The notes below the pieces were generated by a model. The model was not told where the DNA came from. It saw only the letters and a program-made list of their open reading frames with translations, and did not search any database. The position numbers were made by a program, and so were the translations under genes. This document shows, one piece after another, positions 9,535 to 20,541 of a DNA stretch of 64,000 bases. The stretch spans positions 8,357 through 72,356 of the forward strand of contig JAEZCJ010000120.1 in the NCBI GenBank assembly GCA_023433615.1. Direction: 5' to 3'. How positions within the stretch are numbered: position 1 is the stretch's first letter; every line of letters begins with the position of its first letter. This DNA comes from Bacillota bacterium (GTDB lineage: Bacteria; Bacillota; Bacilli; Paenibacillales; Paenibacillaceae).

Positions 9535-9559
9535 AAGCCTTCCGCGAGGAAGGCTTTTT
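9535..9559 (+). terminator. Rho-independent terminator after the transporter genes
   Basis: AAGCCTTCC (9535-9543), loop GCGA, GGAAGGCTT (9548-9556), then TTT. It overlaps the first possible TTG (9558) of the next ORF. Confidence 0.75.
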
Positions 9560-9587
9560 GCGTCAATACGGGAGGGAGCGAAGTAAA

Positions 9588-11654
9588 TTGGCAAGCATTG
9601 CTTATCAAGCATGGCTGCAAAGCAGTCGGATTACGGATGCGAGCATGAGAGAGGCGTATGGGCAGATGTTCGCCTCGATCACCGTAGCCGGTGCATCGTC
9701 TACGCCTGTCATGCGTCAAGTCATCGGAGAACTAACCGTATCGGTCAACGAATTGACAGGGATCAAGCCGGTCATAGCGGACGCGGCTTCCGAGGATACA
9801 TCCTTCCTATGCGGTACGCTGGATGCAGCGGTATGGACGACGCTTGGCGTTACGAATGAGAGGCTGGCCGGTATCGAGCGGGAAGGCTATCTCATCGAGA
9901 ATGCGAACAGTCAAGGCCGTTCCCGCTTGCTGCTCATCGGCGGTTCGGATACCGGGGTGCTGTACGGCGTCTATCACCTGCTGCGGCTCATGCGCCAAGG
10001 CGTTGCGCTATCGGGGTTGTCCGTACTGGAGAATCCCGCGAATTCGATTCGCATGATCAATCATTGGGACAATGCCGACGGCAGCATCGAGCGCGGTTAC
10101 GCGGGCAAGTCGTTCTTCTATAGAGACGGACAATTTATCGCCGATAAGGCGAGAGTACGCGACTATGCACGGTTAATGGCCTCGATCGGCATCAATTGCA
10201 TCTCGATCAACAACGTGAATGTGCACAAACGGGAGACGCAGTTCATTACGGAGGACGGATTGCCGGAAGTGGCGCGCGTGGCGGATATATTCCGCGGCTT
10301 CGGCATTCAGCTCTTCTTGAGCATCAACTATGCCGCTCCGATCGAAGCAGGCGGTCTGGATTCGGCCGACCCGCTGGACAATCGAGTAGGCGATTGGTGG
10401 GCGAGGACGGCGGATGCCATCTACCGCGCCATTCCGGACTTCGGCGGCTTCGTCGTCAAGGCGGATTCCGAGCATCGTCCTGGACCGTTCACATACGGGC
10501 GCGACCATGCGGACGGCGCGAACATGCTGGGCGATGCGCTGGCGCCGCACGGCGGGCTTGTCATCTGGCGCTGCTTCGTCTACAACTGCATGCAGGACTG
10601 GCGGGACCGCAAGACGGATCGGGCGAGGGCGGCTTATGATCATTTTCAACCGCTCGATGGCCGATTCCGCGATAATGTGCTGCTGCAGATCAAGAACGGA
10701 CCGATGGACTTCCAAGTAAGGGAGCCGGTATCCCCGCTCTTAGGCGCGCTGCGCAGGACGAATCAACTGCTCGAATTCCAAATTACGCAGGAATATACGG
10801 GACAACAGCGGCATCTCTGTTATCTGGTGCCGCAGTGGAAGACCGTGCTCGATTTCGATACGCATACGGCAGGAGAACTGTCGACGGTGCGGCGGATCGC
10901 GAGCGGCGAGCTGTTCGGTGCGGGACACGGCGGCCTTGCAGCGGTCACGAATGTCGGCGACGACGACAATTGGACCGGGCATACGCTGGCGCAGGCGAAC
11001 CTGTACGGCTACGGAAGGTTGGCATGGCGTCCGGAATTGACGGCGGAAGCGATCGCGGAAGAGTGGATTCGGCTAGCGATCAGTCAGGACGATCAAGTCG
11101 TCGCCACGATTCTCGGCATGTTGATGGGTTCTTGGTCGATCTACGAGAACTATACGGCGCCGCTTGGCGTCGGCTGGATGGTCGCGCCGAATCATCACTA
11201 CGGCCCGGATGTCGACGGCTACGAGTACTCGCGATGGGGGACGTACCACTTTGCCGACCGCGACGGCATCGGCGTCGATCGGACGTCTGCCACGGGCACA
11301 GGTTACGCTTCGCAGTATGCGGAGCCGGTCGCGGCCATGTACGAGTCGCTCGAGACCTGCCCGGACGAGCTGCTGCTCTTCTTCCATCACGTGAAGTATA
11401 CGCACCGGCTGCAGTCCGGGGAAACCGTCATTCAGCGTATCTACGATACGCATTATGAAGGCGTCGATCAGGCCGACGGGCTCGTCGATGCTTGGACTGC
11501 GCTGAAGGGTCAGCTCGACGACGAGATCTACTCAGGCGTGCTGGAACGGCTCCGTCACCAAGCGACACATGCACGAGAATGGCGCGACATCATCAATACG
11601 TACTTCTACCGCAAGTCGGGCATTCCGGATGCGAAGGGCAGAACGATCTACTAG
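9588..11654 (+). CDS. aguA: Alpha-glucuronidase, glycoside hydrolase family 67
   Basis: Strong resemblance to GH67 AguA (YQAWL near the N-terminus, [55 protein letters not shown]). TTG 9588 lies 9 nt after GGAGGGAG. The ORF opens at TTG 9558, inside the terminator. Confidence 0.9.
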   Translation: MASIAYQAWLQSSRITDASMREAYGQMFASITVAGASSTPVMRQVIGELTVSVNELTGIKPVIADAASEDTSFLCGTLDAAVWTTLGVTNERLAGIEREGYLIENANSQGRSRLLLIGGSDTGVLYGVYHLLRLMRQGVALSGLSVLENPANSIRMINHWDNADGSIERGYAGKSFFYRDGQFIADKARVRDYARLMASIGINCISINNVNVHKRETQFITEDGLPEVARVADIFRGFGIQLFLSINYAAPIEAGGLDSADPLDNRVGDWWARTADAIYRAIPDFGGFVVKADSEHRPGPFTYGRDHADGANMLGDALAPHGGLVIWRCFVYNCMQDWRDRKTDRARAAYDHFQPLDGRFRDNVLLQIKNGPMDFQVREPVSPLLGALRRTNQLLEFQITQEYTGQQRHLCYLVPQWKTVLDFDTHTAGELSTVRRIASGELFGAGHGGLAAVTNVGDDDNWTGHTLAQANLYGYGRLAWRPELTAEAIAEEWIRLAISQDDQVVATILGMLMGSWSIYENYTAPLGVGWMVAPNHHYGPDVDGYEYSRWGTYHFADRDGIGVDRTSATGTGYASQYAEPVAAMYESLETCPDELLLFFHHVKYTHRLQSGETVIQRIYDTHYEGVDQADGLVDAWTALKGQLDDEIYSGVLERLRHQATHAREWRDIINTYFYRKSGIPDAKGRTIY

Positions 11655-11672
11655 GCGAGAGGGGCTAACGAC

Positions 11673-12821
11673 ATGACGGCAAGCAGAAGCAAGGGAGCAT
11701 TCGAGACAGGGCAGTATCGCAACCTGTTCCTGGAGTACGGCTATGACGCGGACGAGATCGATAACCGCGTACAAGCGGTCTGGGATGCGTTATTCGAAGG
11801 TCCGGAGGAGACCCGCATCTATTATCCGGTCGGCGATGATCTGGGTTACATGCTGGATACCGGCAATCACGACGTACGGACGGAGGGCATGTCCTACGGG
11901 ATGATGATGGCGGTTCAGATGAACCGCAAGGATATTTTCGACAGGCTGTGGAACTGGTCCTACACGTACATGTACATGACGGAGGGAACGCATGCCGGTT
12001 ATTTCGCATGGTCTTGCAATCCCGACGGTTCGCGCCGCTCGAACGGGCCCGCGCCTGACGGCGAGGAATATTACGCGCTGGCGCTGTTCTTCGCCTCGAA
12101 TCGGTGGGGAGACGGCGAAGCGCCGTACGACTACAGCGCAAAGGCACGCGATCTGCTCAGGGACTGCCTGCATAACGGAGAAGACGGAATCGGCTTCCCG
12201 ATGTGGAATCCGGACAATAAATTGATCAAGTTCATCCCGAATTGCGAGTTCTCGGATCCTTCGTATCACTTGCCGCATTTCTATGAGCTGTTCGCCCTGT
12301 GGGCGCATGAAGAGGATCGCGCATTCTGGAAGGAAGCGGCCGAAGCGAGCCGTGCCTATCTGCATATCAGCTGCCATCCGGACACGGGACTGGCGCCTGA
12401 ATATGCCCATTATGACGGCACGCCGAACAACGAGAACGGCTACGGGCATTTCTTCAGCGACTCCTATCGCGTCGCGGCCAATGTCGGCCTCGACTATGAA
12501 TGGTTCCGCGCGGACGAATGGCAGGTCGGGGAGGCGAACCGGGTCCAGGCATTCTTCGCGGACAAGCGGCCGGACGATTACCGCCGCTATACGATTGCCG
12601 GCGAGCCGTTCGAGGAGAAGTCGCTGCATCCTGTCGGCCTGATCGCGACGAATGCGATGGCATCGCTTGCCGCGGACGGTCCGCATGCGCGCGCGAACGT
12701 GGAGCTGTTCTGGAACACGCCGGTACGAACCGGCGACCGGAGATACTACGACAACTGCTTGTACTTGTTCGCCATGCTGGCGCTGAGCGGCAAATTCCGG
12801 ATGTGGATGCCGAAGCAATAG
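11673..12821 (+). CDS. GH8 reducing-end xylose-releasing exo-oligoxylanase (Rex-like)
   Basis: 382 aa. The N-terminus GAFETGQYRNLFLEYGY and the TEGMSYGMMMAV motif match the Bacillus halodurans Rex-type GH8 enzymes as I remember them. No signal peptide, so it is intracellular. Confidence 0.8.
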   Translation: MTASRSKGAFETGQYRNLFLEYGYDADEIDNRVQAVWDALFEGPEETRIYYPVGDDLGYMLDTGNHDVRTEGMSYGMMMAVQMNRKDIFDRLWNWSYTYMYMTEGTHAGYFAWSCNPDGSRRSNGPAPDGEEYYALALFFASNRWGDGEAPYDYSAKARDLLRDCLHNGEDGIGFPMWNPDNKLIKFIPNCEFSDPSYHLPHFYELFALWAHEEDRAFWKEAAEASRAYLHISCHPDTGLAPEYAHYDGTPNNENGYGHFFSDSYRVAANVGLDYEWFRADEWQVGEANRVQAFFADKRPDDYRRYTIAGEPFEEKSLHPVGLIATNAMASLAADGPHARANVELFWNTPVRTGDRRYYDNCLYLFAMLALSGKFRMWMPKQ

Positions 12822-12862
12822 CTGCAGCGGTAGCAGGTATAGGCCAACAACCGATAACGAAA

Positions 12863-12899
12863 GAATGGACCGACAGGCGATGTGGCTGTCGGTCCATTC
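12863..12899. terminator. Bidirectional terminator between convergent GH8 and GH51 genes
   Basis: Perfect 14-bp stem GAATGGACCGACAG (12863-12876) / CTGTCGGTCCATTC (12886-12899), with A/T-rich flanks on both sides. Confidence 0.7.
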
Positions 12900-12931
12900 T
12901 ATTGTGTAGAAGAATCTTAGCTGGAATTACG

Positions 12932-14452
<1,521 letters not shown>

Positions 14453-14611
14453 TCAAGATCACTCCTATACCGATTAATAATAATATTGATTCGGATCGAT
14501 TAGATCCCTACATCTATTAAAGTAAAAAGGCAGATAAAATGCAAGTGTGAATTGTAATTTCCCAGGATTTATGGTTATATTAATTCAAAAGAGCGAGCGG
14601 AGTGAGTAAGT

Positions 14612-15523
14612 ATGATTCGAGCATCAACCGATCAACGATGGCTGCCTCTCTATGAGGCGCTGGCAAGCGAGGTGCGTCTGAGGCTGTTGGATATTCTGGC
14701 GGACGGTCCGCTCAACGTGAAGGATCTGGCCGGACAGCTGCAGCTGAGCAGCGCGATCTTAACCATGCATGTGCGTAAGCTGGAGCAAGCGGGGTTGATC
14801 CGGACGGAGATGCGGCGGGTGAACGGCGGGACGCACAAGATGTGCCGATTGGCCGAGAATGAGGTGATGATCCGGCTGCCGCAAGAGGGCGGCCGCGAAC
14901 GGCAGTACCACGAACAGACCATCCCGGTCGGACATTACACTTCGTTCGAGGTGCAGCCTACCTGCGGACTGGCGACGCGCGAGAAGGTGATCGGCCAATT
15001 CGACGATCCCCGGTATTTCCTGGAGCCGGAACGGGTAAGTGCCGGCATCCTATGGTTCGGACAAGGCTACGTCGAATACAAGACGCCTAACTACCTGCTC
15101 TCGGGCCAGAAGCCTACGGAGCTCGAAATTTCGGTCGAGATCGCCTCGGAAGCGCCGGGCATTAACGATACATGGCCCTCGGACATTCGGTTCTATGTGA
15201 ATGACGTGCTGCTGGGCGAATGGACGAGTCCCGGCGATTACGGCGGCGAGTCCCGCGGGCGTTACACGCCGGCGTGGTGGAACGTGAACCAGTACGGCCT
15301 GTGGAAAGTGATACGCGTCGGCGAACAGGGCACTTACATCGACGGGCAGCAGATCTCGGATACGACCATACAAGACCTTAAGCTCGAGAAGCATTTCTGG
15401 ACGCTGCGATTCGCCGTGGAGGAAGATGCCCGGCATGTCGGAGGGCTGACGCTGTTCGGCGCAGGCTTCGGCAATTATAACCAAGACATCCGATTCCGCG
15501 TGTACTACGGCGAGGGCGAGTAG
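14612..15523 (+). CDS. ArsR-family winged-helix regulator with an about 200-aa uncharacterised C-terminal domain
   Basis: The N-terminus LYEALASEVRLRLLDILADGPLNVKDLAGQLQLSSAILTMHVRKLEQAGLI is an ArsR/SmtB wHTH. Residues about 100-303 have no motif I recognise and look beta-rich (WTSPGDYGG..YTPAWWNVNQYGLW). Confidence 0.75.
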   Translation: MIRASTDQRWLPLYEALASEVRLRLLDILADGPLNVKDLAGQLQLSSAILTMHVRKLEQAGLIRTEMRRVNGGTHKMCRLAENEVMIRLPQEGGRERQYHEQTIPVGHYTSFEVQPTCGLATREKVIGQFDDPRYFLEPERVSAGILWFGQGYVEYKTPNYLLSGQKPTELEISVEIASEAPGINDTWPSDIRFYVNDVLLGEWTSPGDYGGESRGRYTPAWWNVNQYGLWKVIRVGEQGTYIDGQQISDTTIQDLKLEKHFWTLRFAVEEDARHVGGLTLFGAGFGNYNQDIRFRVYYGEGE

Positions 15524-15548
15524 GCGGCGAGCGTGTATCATGCCGTCG

Positions 15549-16427
15549 TTAGTCGATCGGAATTTGGGCGAAGAGGCGAGCCGCCGAAGACAGCGGTTCG
15601 CCGCTTCGCGTGCACAGGACGATCGGGTTGCGGGTATGGACGCCCGGTACCGACACGACAGCCAATTCGCCTCGCTTAAGATCATCCCTGACCTCAAGCG
15701 AGGAGACGAAGGTAATGCCGTAGCCTTCCTTGACGGCACGGATCGTCTCGCTCAGCCCGTTCACTTGCAGGCCGACCCGCGGCGCGCCTGCATTCAGCAG
15801 GCTGCAGCAGGCGAGCAGCTTCTCGCGGGAGGAGCTTCCTTCTTCGCGAATGACGAACGGCTCGTGGATGAGCGTATGGAGCGAGGCTGTGCGGCCCGCG
15901 AGCGGATGGCCGGCATGCACGACGAACAGCATGTCGTCCTCGAGCATCAGCTTGCCATCGATAGAGGCCGGCGCTTGACGCCCGCCGCCGATGAAGGCGA
16001 TATCGGCCTCGAACTTCTGAAGCAGCTCGTATGCATGCATGGAATTCGTCGAGGTCAGCTCGACCTCGACTTGATCGTACTCGCGCTTGAATCTCGCGAG
16101 CATGCGGGGCAGCAGGAAATTCGCGGGCAGATACGTAGCTGCGATGCGCAGCTTGCCGAGCGTGCCCGCCTTATAAGCCGCGATCGAGCGTTCCATCTCG
16201 GTCTCTAGCGCGAATAAGCGGACGGCTTGCTCCGCGAGCGTCTGGCCGGCTTCAGTCAACAGGATGCCTCTGCCGCTCGGCGCGAGCAGGGCGATGCCCA
16301 GCTCTTGCTCCAACCGCTTGATCGATGTCGTGACGGCCGGCTGGCTGATGCGGAGCGACTCTGCCGCGCGCGTCACGCTTCCTTCTCTCGCGGCAGCCAG
16401 GAATAACCGGAGGCTGTGAAGATTCAT
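15549..16427 (-). CDS. LysR-family transcriptional regulator
   Basis: MNLHSLRLFLAAAREGSVTRAAESLRISQPAVTTSIKRLEQELG is a LysR HTH. ATG 16427 follows GAGAGGAG. The ORF opens at 16454 without an RBS. Confidence 0.9.
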   Translation of the reverse strand: MNLHSLRLFLAAAREGSVTRAAESLRISQPAVTTSIKRLEQELGIALLAPSGRGILLTEAGQTLAEQAVRLFALETEMERSIAAYKAGTLGKLRIAATYLPANFLLPRMLARFKREYDQVEVELTSTNSMHAYELLQKFEADIAFIGGGRQAPASIDGKLMLEDDMLFVVHAGHPLAGRTASLHTLIHEPFVIREEGSSSREKLLACCSLLNAGAPRVGLQVNGLSETIRAVKEGYGITFVSSLEVRDDLKRGELAVVSVPGVHTRNPIVLCTRSGEPLSSAARLFAQIPID

Positions 16428-16474
16428 TCGATCGGGCTCCTCTCTTCGATTCATAACTTAAATTAATGTAACTG

Positions 16475-16492
16475 TATAATAGATATATTATA
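16475..16492. promoter_or_regulatory. Candidate LysR-type operator (near-palindrome) in the divergent promoter region
   Basis: TATAATAGATATATTATA is an 18-nt palindrome with 2 mismatches. It is ATA-N-TAT (T-N11-A-like) shaped and lies between the LysR gene and the ThrC-like gene. Confidence 0.35.
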
Positions 16493-16571
16493 CTTATTGC
16501 TCAATTGCTTCTATTCTAATGGTAGATGAAAGCTGCCGCAATCGGCAGCATCGAAGAGGAGGATGAGTAGG

Positions 16572-17849
16572 ATGAAGGAATCGGGTCGAATGAGGTTGAT
16601 CTGCACGGCGTGCGATAAGCGATATGCGATTGACCGCTCAGCACACGCATGCAGCTGCGGCGGGCTGCTCGAAGTCGAATGCGATCGAAGCGGATATGAT
16701 GCGGAGCGGTTGAAAAGGCTGTTCCATGATCGGCTCTCCGAACGGATGTCGCCTGCTGCAAGCGGCGTATGGCGCTACAAGGAGCTGATCCATCCGGATC
16801 TGGACGAGGCGCAGATCGTGACCAAGTACGAGGGGAATACCGGCCTCTACGCGTCGGAAGCGGTCCGCAAGCATGCGGGCATCAGCCGGCTGTGGCTCAA
16901 GGCACAGAGCGAGAATCCCAGCGGCTCGTTCAAGGATAACGGAATGACCGTAGCGGTGTCGCATGGGCGTTCGCTCGGCTACCGCAGATTCGCCTGTACC
17001 TCGACAGGCAACACTTCGTCCTCGCTTGCGATGTATGCGGCGCTGGCAGCGGCGGAGGCCGCGATTCTCGTGCCGAGCAAGGACGTCTCGATGAACAAGG
17101 TGCTTCAGACGATCGGGTACGGCGGCCTCGTATACCCGATCGAAGGGACGTATGACGACGGAATCCGCTTCCTGCGCGAGCATGCGGAAGGGCTGGGGCT
17201 CTACGTGTGCAATTCCATTAATCCGCTGCGGATCGAAGGGCAGAAGAGCATCCTGTTCGAAGCGGCGCAACAGCTCGAATGGTCGCTGCCCGATTGGATC
17301 GTGCTGCCGGGCGGTGCGCTCAGCAATGCTTCCGCATTGGGCAAAGCCCTTCGAGAATTGCGGGAATTGGGCTTCGTCGCGGAGCTGCCGCGCATCGCTA
17401 TCGTGCAGGCGGAAGGCGCGAGTCCGTTCCATCGGATGATCGAGAGGAAGGAAGCCGAGCTCGTGCCCGAGCTTAACCCGCGTACTTGCGCATCCGCGCT
17501 GAACATCGGGCATCCGCCCAGCTGGCGCAAGGCAAGACGCGAGCTCGAGCTGGCGGCAGGCGTAACGGTGTCGGTCAGCGATCGCGAGATCATGGAGGCG
17601 AAGCATGTGATCGACCGCAGCGGCATCGGCTGCGAGCCTGCTTCGGCCGCGGGCGTAGCCGGATTGCGCAAGCTCGTCGCGAGCGGCACGATCGATAAGG
17701 AGCAATCCGCGATGTGCATCTTGACGGGGCATATGCTGAAGGACACGGAGATTATGCGGAGCGATGGTGCCGAACTGAACATGCAGAGCGTGGCGATGGG
17801 TGAACTGCGGGTAAGATTGGCCGTTAACGCTCATAGTTATTATCTATAG
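16572..17849 (+). CDS. Threonine synthase-like PLP enzyme, short form with an N-terminal Cys4 zinc ribbon
   Basis: PLP-lysine motif SGSFKDNGMT, an N-terminal CTAC-x12-CSC cluster, and C-terminal TGHMLKD. ATG 16572 lies 9 nt after GAGGAGG. The ORF opens at 16563. Confidence 0.85.
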   Translation: MKESGRMRLICTACDKRYAIDRSAHACSCGGLLEVECDRSGYDAERLKRLFHDRLSERMSPAASGVWRYKELIHPDLDEAQIVTKYEGNTGLYASEAVRKHAGISRLWLKAQSENPSGSFKDNGMTVAVSHGRSLGYRRFACTSTGNTSSSLAMYAALAAAEAAILVPSKDVSMNKVLQTIGYGGLVYPIEGTYDDGIRFLREHAEGLGLYVCNSINPLRIEGQKSILFEAAQQLEWSLPDWIVLPGGALSNASALGKALRELRELGFVAELPRIAIVQAEGASPFHRMIERKEAELVPELNPRTCASALNIGHPPSWRKARRELELAAGVTVSVSDREIMEAKHVIDRSGIGCEPASAAGVAGLRKLVASGTIDKEQSAMCILTGHMLKDTEIMRSDGAELNMQSVAMGELRVRLAVNAHSYYL

Positions 17850-17930
17850 CGTATATTGATTCTATATATTTCCGCAATAGCCTGCCGCTATGATACAACA
17901 GAAGTATTCTAGCGGATCGGGGTGGTTGAG

Positions 17931-18734
17931 ATGCATGCGATGCAAGGGATGAATACGGGCTTGGCTGCAAACGGAGCGGCGAATCAATGGGAGGCAGGGC
18001 GATACGATGCTTATATGCCGTTCGTGTCGCAGGGCGGCATGGACATGATCGGCATGCTGGACGTGAAACCGGGGGCATTCATTATCGATTGGGGCTGCGG
18101 GACAGGTGAACTGGCGGCACGAATCGCAGAGAACGGAGCCGATGTGCTCGGCATCGACTTTTCCCGGGAAATGATCGAAGAGGCGGCGCGTAAATATCCG
18201 AATGTCCGCTTCGAGCGAGCGGACGGACAACGGTACATATCCGCTCGCAAGGCGGATGCCGTGTTCAGCAATGCCGCGCTCCATTGGATGCAGGATGCGG
18301 AAGGCGCGGCAGCTTCGATTGCTGCGTCGTTGCGGACAGGCGGGCGATTCGTGGCGGAATTCGGCAGCGTAGGCAATGTCGCGGCGATTCGGGAGGTGCT
18401 CGAGACGGCATTCTCGGCGATCGGCGCGGCAGATCGGCTGCGATTCCCATGGTATTTCCCGTCAATCGGACAATATGCGACGGTGCTGGAACAGCGAGGA
18501 ATGCGCATCGAGTGGGCGGCCTGCTTCGATCGCCCGACCCCGCTGGGAGGCGGCGAGCGCGGGCTGCAGATCTGGCTCGATACGTTCGCCAATGGCATCC
18601 TTGCGGTACTTTCGGCCGATGAGGAGAAAGAAGTGCGGCGCAGGACGGAAGAGGCGCTGCGAGGACGGTTCTACGCTGAGGAGAGATGGACGGCGGATTA
18701 CCAGCGAATCCGGGTATCGGCCGTGAAGCGCTAA
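17931..18734 (+). CDS. Class I SAM-dependent methyltransferase (Tam/UbiE-like)
   Basis: Motif I is IIDWGCGTGEL, and post-I is DVLGIDFS. The start is ATG 17931 or GTG 17922. Confidence 0.8.
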   Translation: MHAMQGMNTGLAANGAANQWEAGRYDAYMPFVSQGGMDMIGMLDVKPGAFIIDWGCGTGELAARIAENGADVLGIDFSREMIEEAARKYPNVRFERADGQRYISARKADAVFSNAALHWMQDAEGAAASIAASLRTGGRFVAEFGSVGNVAAIREVLETAFSAIGAADRLRFPWYFPSIGQYATVLEQRGMRIEWAACFDRPTPLGGGERGLQIWLDTFANGILAVLSADEEKEVRRRTEEALRGRFYAEERWTADYQRIRVSAVKR

Positions 18735-18905
18735 GCGAACGGCCTGGCGTCCGACATGCGAATGCAGTAAACGGAATACATGATCAGCGTAATAAGATGA
18801 GGCCTGTTCCAGTCGGATGGAGCGGGCCTCTTGCGTATGCGGATCGGGAATGTTCGGAAACAGCTGCGAATCACGGTTGAGCTCTCGTTATTTATGTTAG
18901 ATAAG

Positions 18906-18935
18906 TTGACGTTACTGAGCGGGACGGCGTATGAT
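18906..18935 (+). promoter_or_regulatory. Candidate sigma-A promoter upstream of the ATP-grasp operon
   Basis: TTGACG (18906-18911), an 18-nt spacer, then TATGAT (18930-18935). Confidence 0.4.
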
Positions 18936-18967
18936 ATAGAGTAAATAGTCTTAATTATTCGCATATA

Positions 18968-18976
18968 TGTTATAAT
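18968..18976 (+). promoter_or_regulatory. Candidate extended -10 element (TGnTATAAT)
   Basis: TGTTATAAT at 18968-18976 sits in an AT-rich stretch 66 nt upstream of ATG 19042. Confidence 0.35.
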
Positions 18977-19041
18977 ATCTAACATTATTAATCCAAGTAA
19001 TCATTTTCCAGCCAGATTCCGGACGAGGAGGCGGTCACTTT

Positions 19042-20496
19042 ATGTCGACTGCAAGGTCATCCCACAGTCAGTCTTACGATGCACTCACCTATTATGATGA
19101 AATGTATGAAAGCGATCTGACTGTAAGAAGGCATTATGGGGCGATTCAGCACGCTTTTGCCACGATGAAGCCAGCGGAATTGGCCGCCCGTCAACTGTCC
19201 ATCGAGAAGCGCATGCTGGAAGAGGGCATCACGTTCACGCTGTATGCACCGGACCAGCCGGAGCCGCTGGAGAGGACGATTCCGTTCGATTACGTGCCCC
19301 GCGTCATACCGGGCGCCGAATGGGATTTCATCGAGCGGGGTCTTGTGCAGCGGGTGAAAGCGCTGAATGCTTTCACGTACGATATTTATCACGAAGGGCG
19401 CATCATGCGCGACGGATTGATTCCGAGGCGAATGGTCGTAGGCAACCGCTATTTTCGTCCGGAGATGTCGGGCATCGAAGTCCCTCTTCATGCGTACATG
19501 ACGACCTGCGGAATCGATCTCATCCGCGACGAGCAAGGCCAATACTACGTGCTGGAGGATAATCTGCGGTCGCCCTCGGGCTTCTCTTACCTCTACCAAG
19601 GGAGGGCGCTCATGCGAGAGGTGTTCCACGATATGTATCTCTCGAGCACGGTGCGTGACGTGGACCGCAGCATGAACGATTTCCTACAGACACTTCGCAG
19701 CATCGCGCCTGGGGGCAAGCGGAATCCGCTTATCGTCCTGCTGACGCCCGGCGTCTATAATTCGGCCTACTACGAGCATACCTACTTGGCGCAGCAGATG
19801 GGCATTCATCTCGTCGAAGGGCGAGATCTCGTCTATAAGGAACATAAGATCTACCTGCGCGATCTGCGCGGACTGCGGCAAGTGGACGTGATCTACCGGA
19901 GAATCGATGACGATTACTTGGATCCGCTCGCTTATCAGCCGGATTCGGTGCTCGGCGTCCCCGGCATCATGAACGCATACCGCGCCGGCAATGTGACCAT
20001 CGCGAACGCGCCGGGCACGGGCGTTGCAGACGATAAAGCCGTGTATGCCTTCGTGCCCGAAATGATTCGCTATTATCTGAACGAGGAGCCGATTCTTCCG
20101 AACGTGCCGACCTACATTCTCTCGCGTAAGGAAGACCGCGAATACGCATTGGAGCATCTCGATGAGCTCGTCGTGAAGGAGACCTCGCTGTCGGGCGGTT
20201 ACGGCATGCTGATCGGTCCGAGCGCGTCGAAGCAGGAAATCAATCGGTTCGCCGACGCGATTCGCCAGGATCCGGACCGCTATATCGCCCAGACGACGAT
20301 GCAATTGTCGAGGGCGCCGATCATGCTGAACGGCGCGATGACGCCGCGCCATATCGATCTCAGAGCCTTCGTGCTGATGGGGCAGGAGCCTATCGTCATT
20401 CCGGGCGGCCTTACCCGCGTGGCCATGAAGGAAGGATCGCTCGTCGTGAACTCCTCGCAGGGAGGCGGAGTCAAGGATACTTGGGTGCTGAAGTAG
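19042..20496 (+). CDS. Circularly permuted ATP-grasp family protein (DUF404/DUF407 type)
   Basis: 484 aa with RBS GAGGAGG. Its length and sequence (VIPGAEWDFIERGLVQRVKALN, YVLEDNLRSPSG, NAPGTGVADDKAVY, VVKETSLSGGYGM) match the family that always precedes alpha-E proteins. Confidence 0.85.
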   Translation: MSTARSSHSQSYDALTYYDEMYESDLTVRRHYGAIQHAFATMKPAELAARQLSIEKRMLEEGITFTLYAPDQPEPLERTIPFDYVPRVIPGAEWDFIERGLVQRVKALNAFTYDIYHEGRIMRDGLIPRRMVVGNRYFRPEMSGIEVPLHAYMTTCGIDLIRDEQGQYYVLEDNLRSPSGFSYLYQGRALMREVFHDMYLSSTVRDVDRSMNDFLQTLRSIAPGGKRNPLIVLLTPGVYNSAYYEHTYLAQQMGIHLVEGRDLVYKEHKIYLRDLRGLRQVDVIYRRIDDDYLDPLAYQPDSVLGVPGIMNAYRAGNVTIANAPGTGVADDKAVYAFVPEMIRYYLNEEPILPNVPTYILSRKEDREYALEHLDELVVKETSLSGGYGMLIGPSASKQEINRFADAIRQDPDRYIAQTTMQLSRAPIMLNGAMTPRHIDLRAFVLMGQEPIVIPGGLTRVAMKEGSLVVNSSQGGGVKDTWVLK

Positions 20497-20541
20497 AGGC
20501 GGCGCATGTGCGGCGGAAAATGAATAAGGAGGCAGAGGCGA

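Noticed and set aside
18798-18880. A 27-aa ORF (MRPVPVGWSGPLAYADRECSETAANHG) upstream of the ATP-grasp operon, considered as a possible substrate peptide.
   Set aside because: It has no RBS, it lies upstream of the predicted promoters, and it has no features of a precursor peptide.
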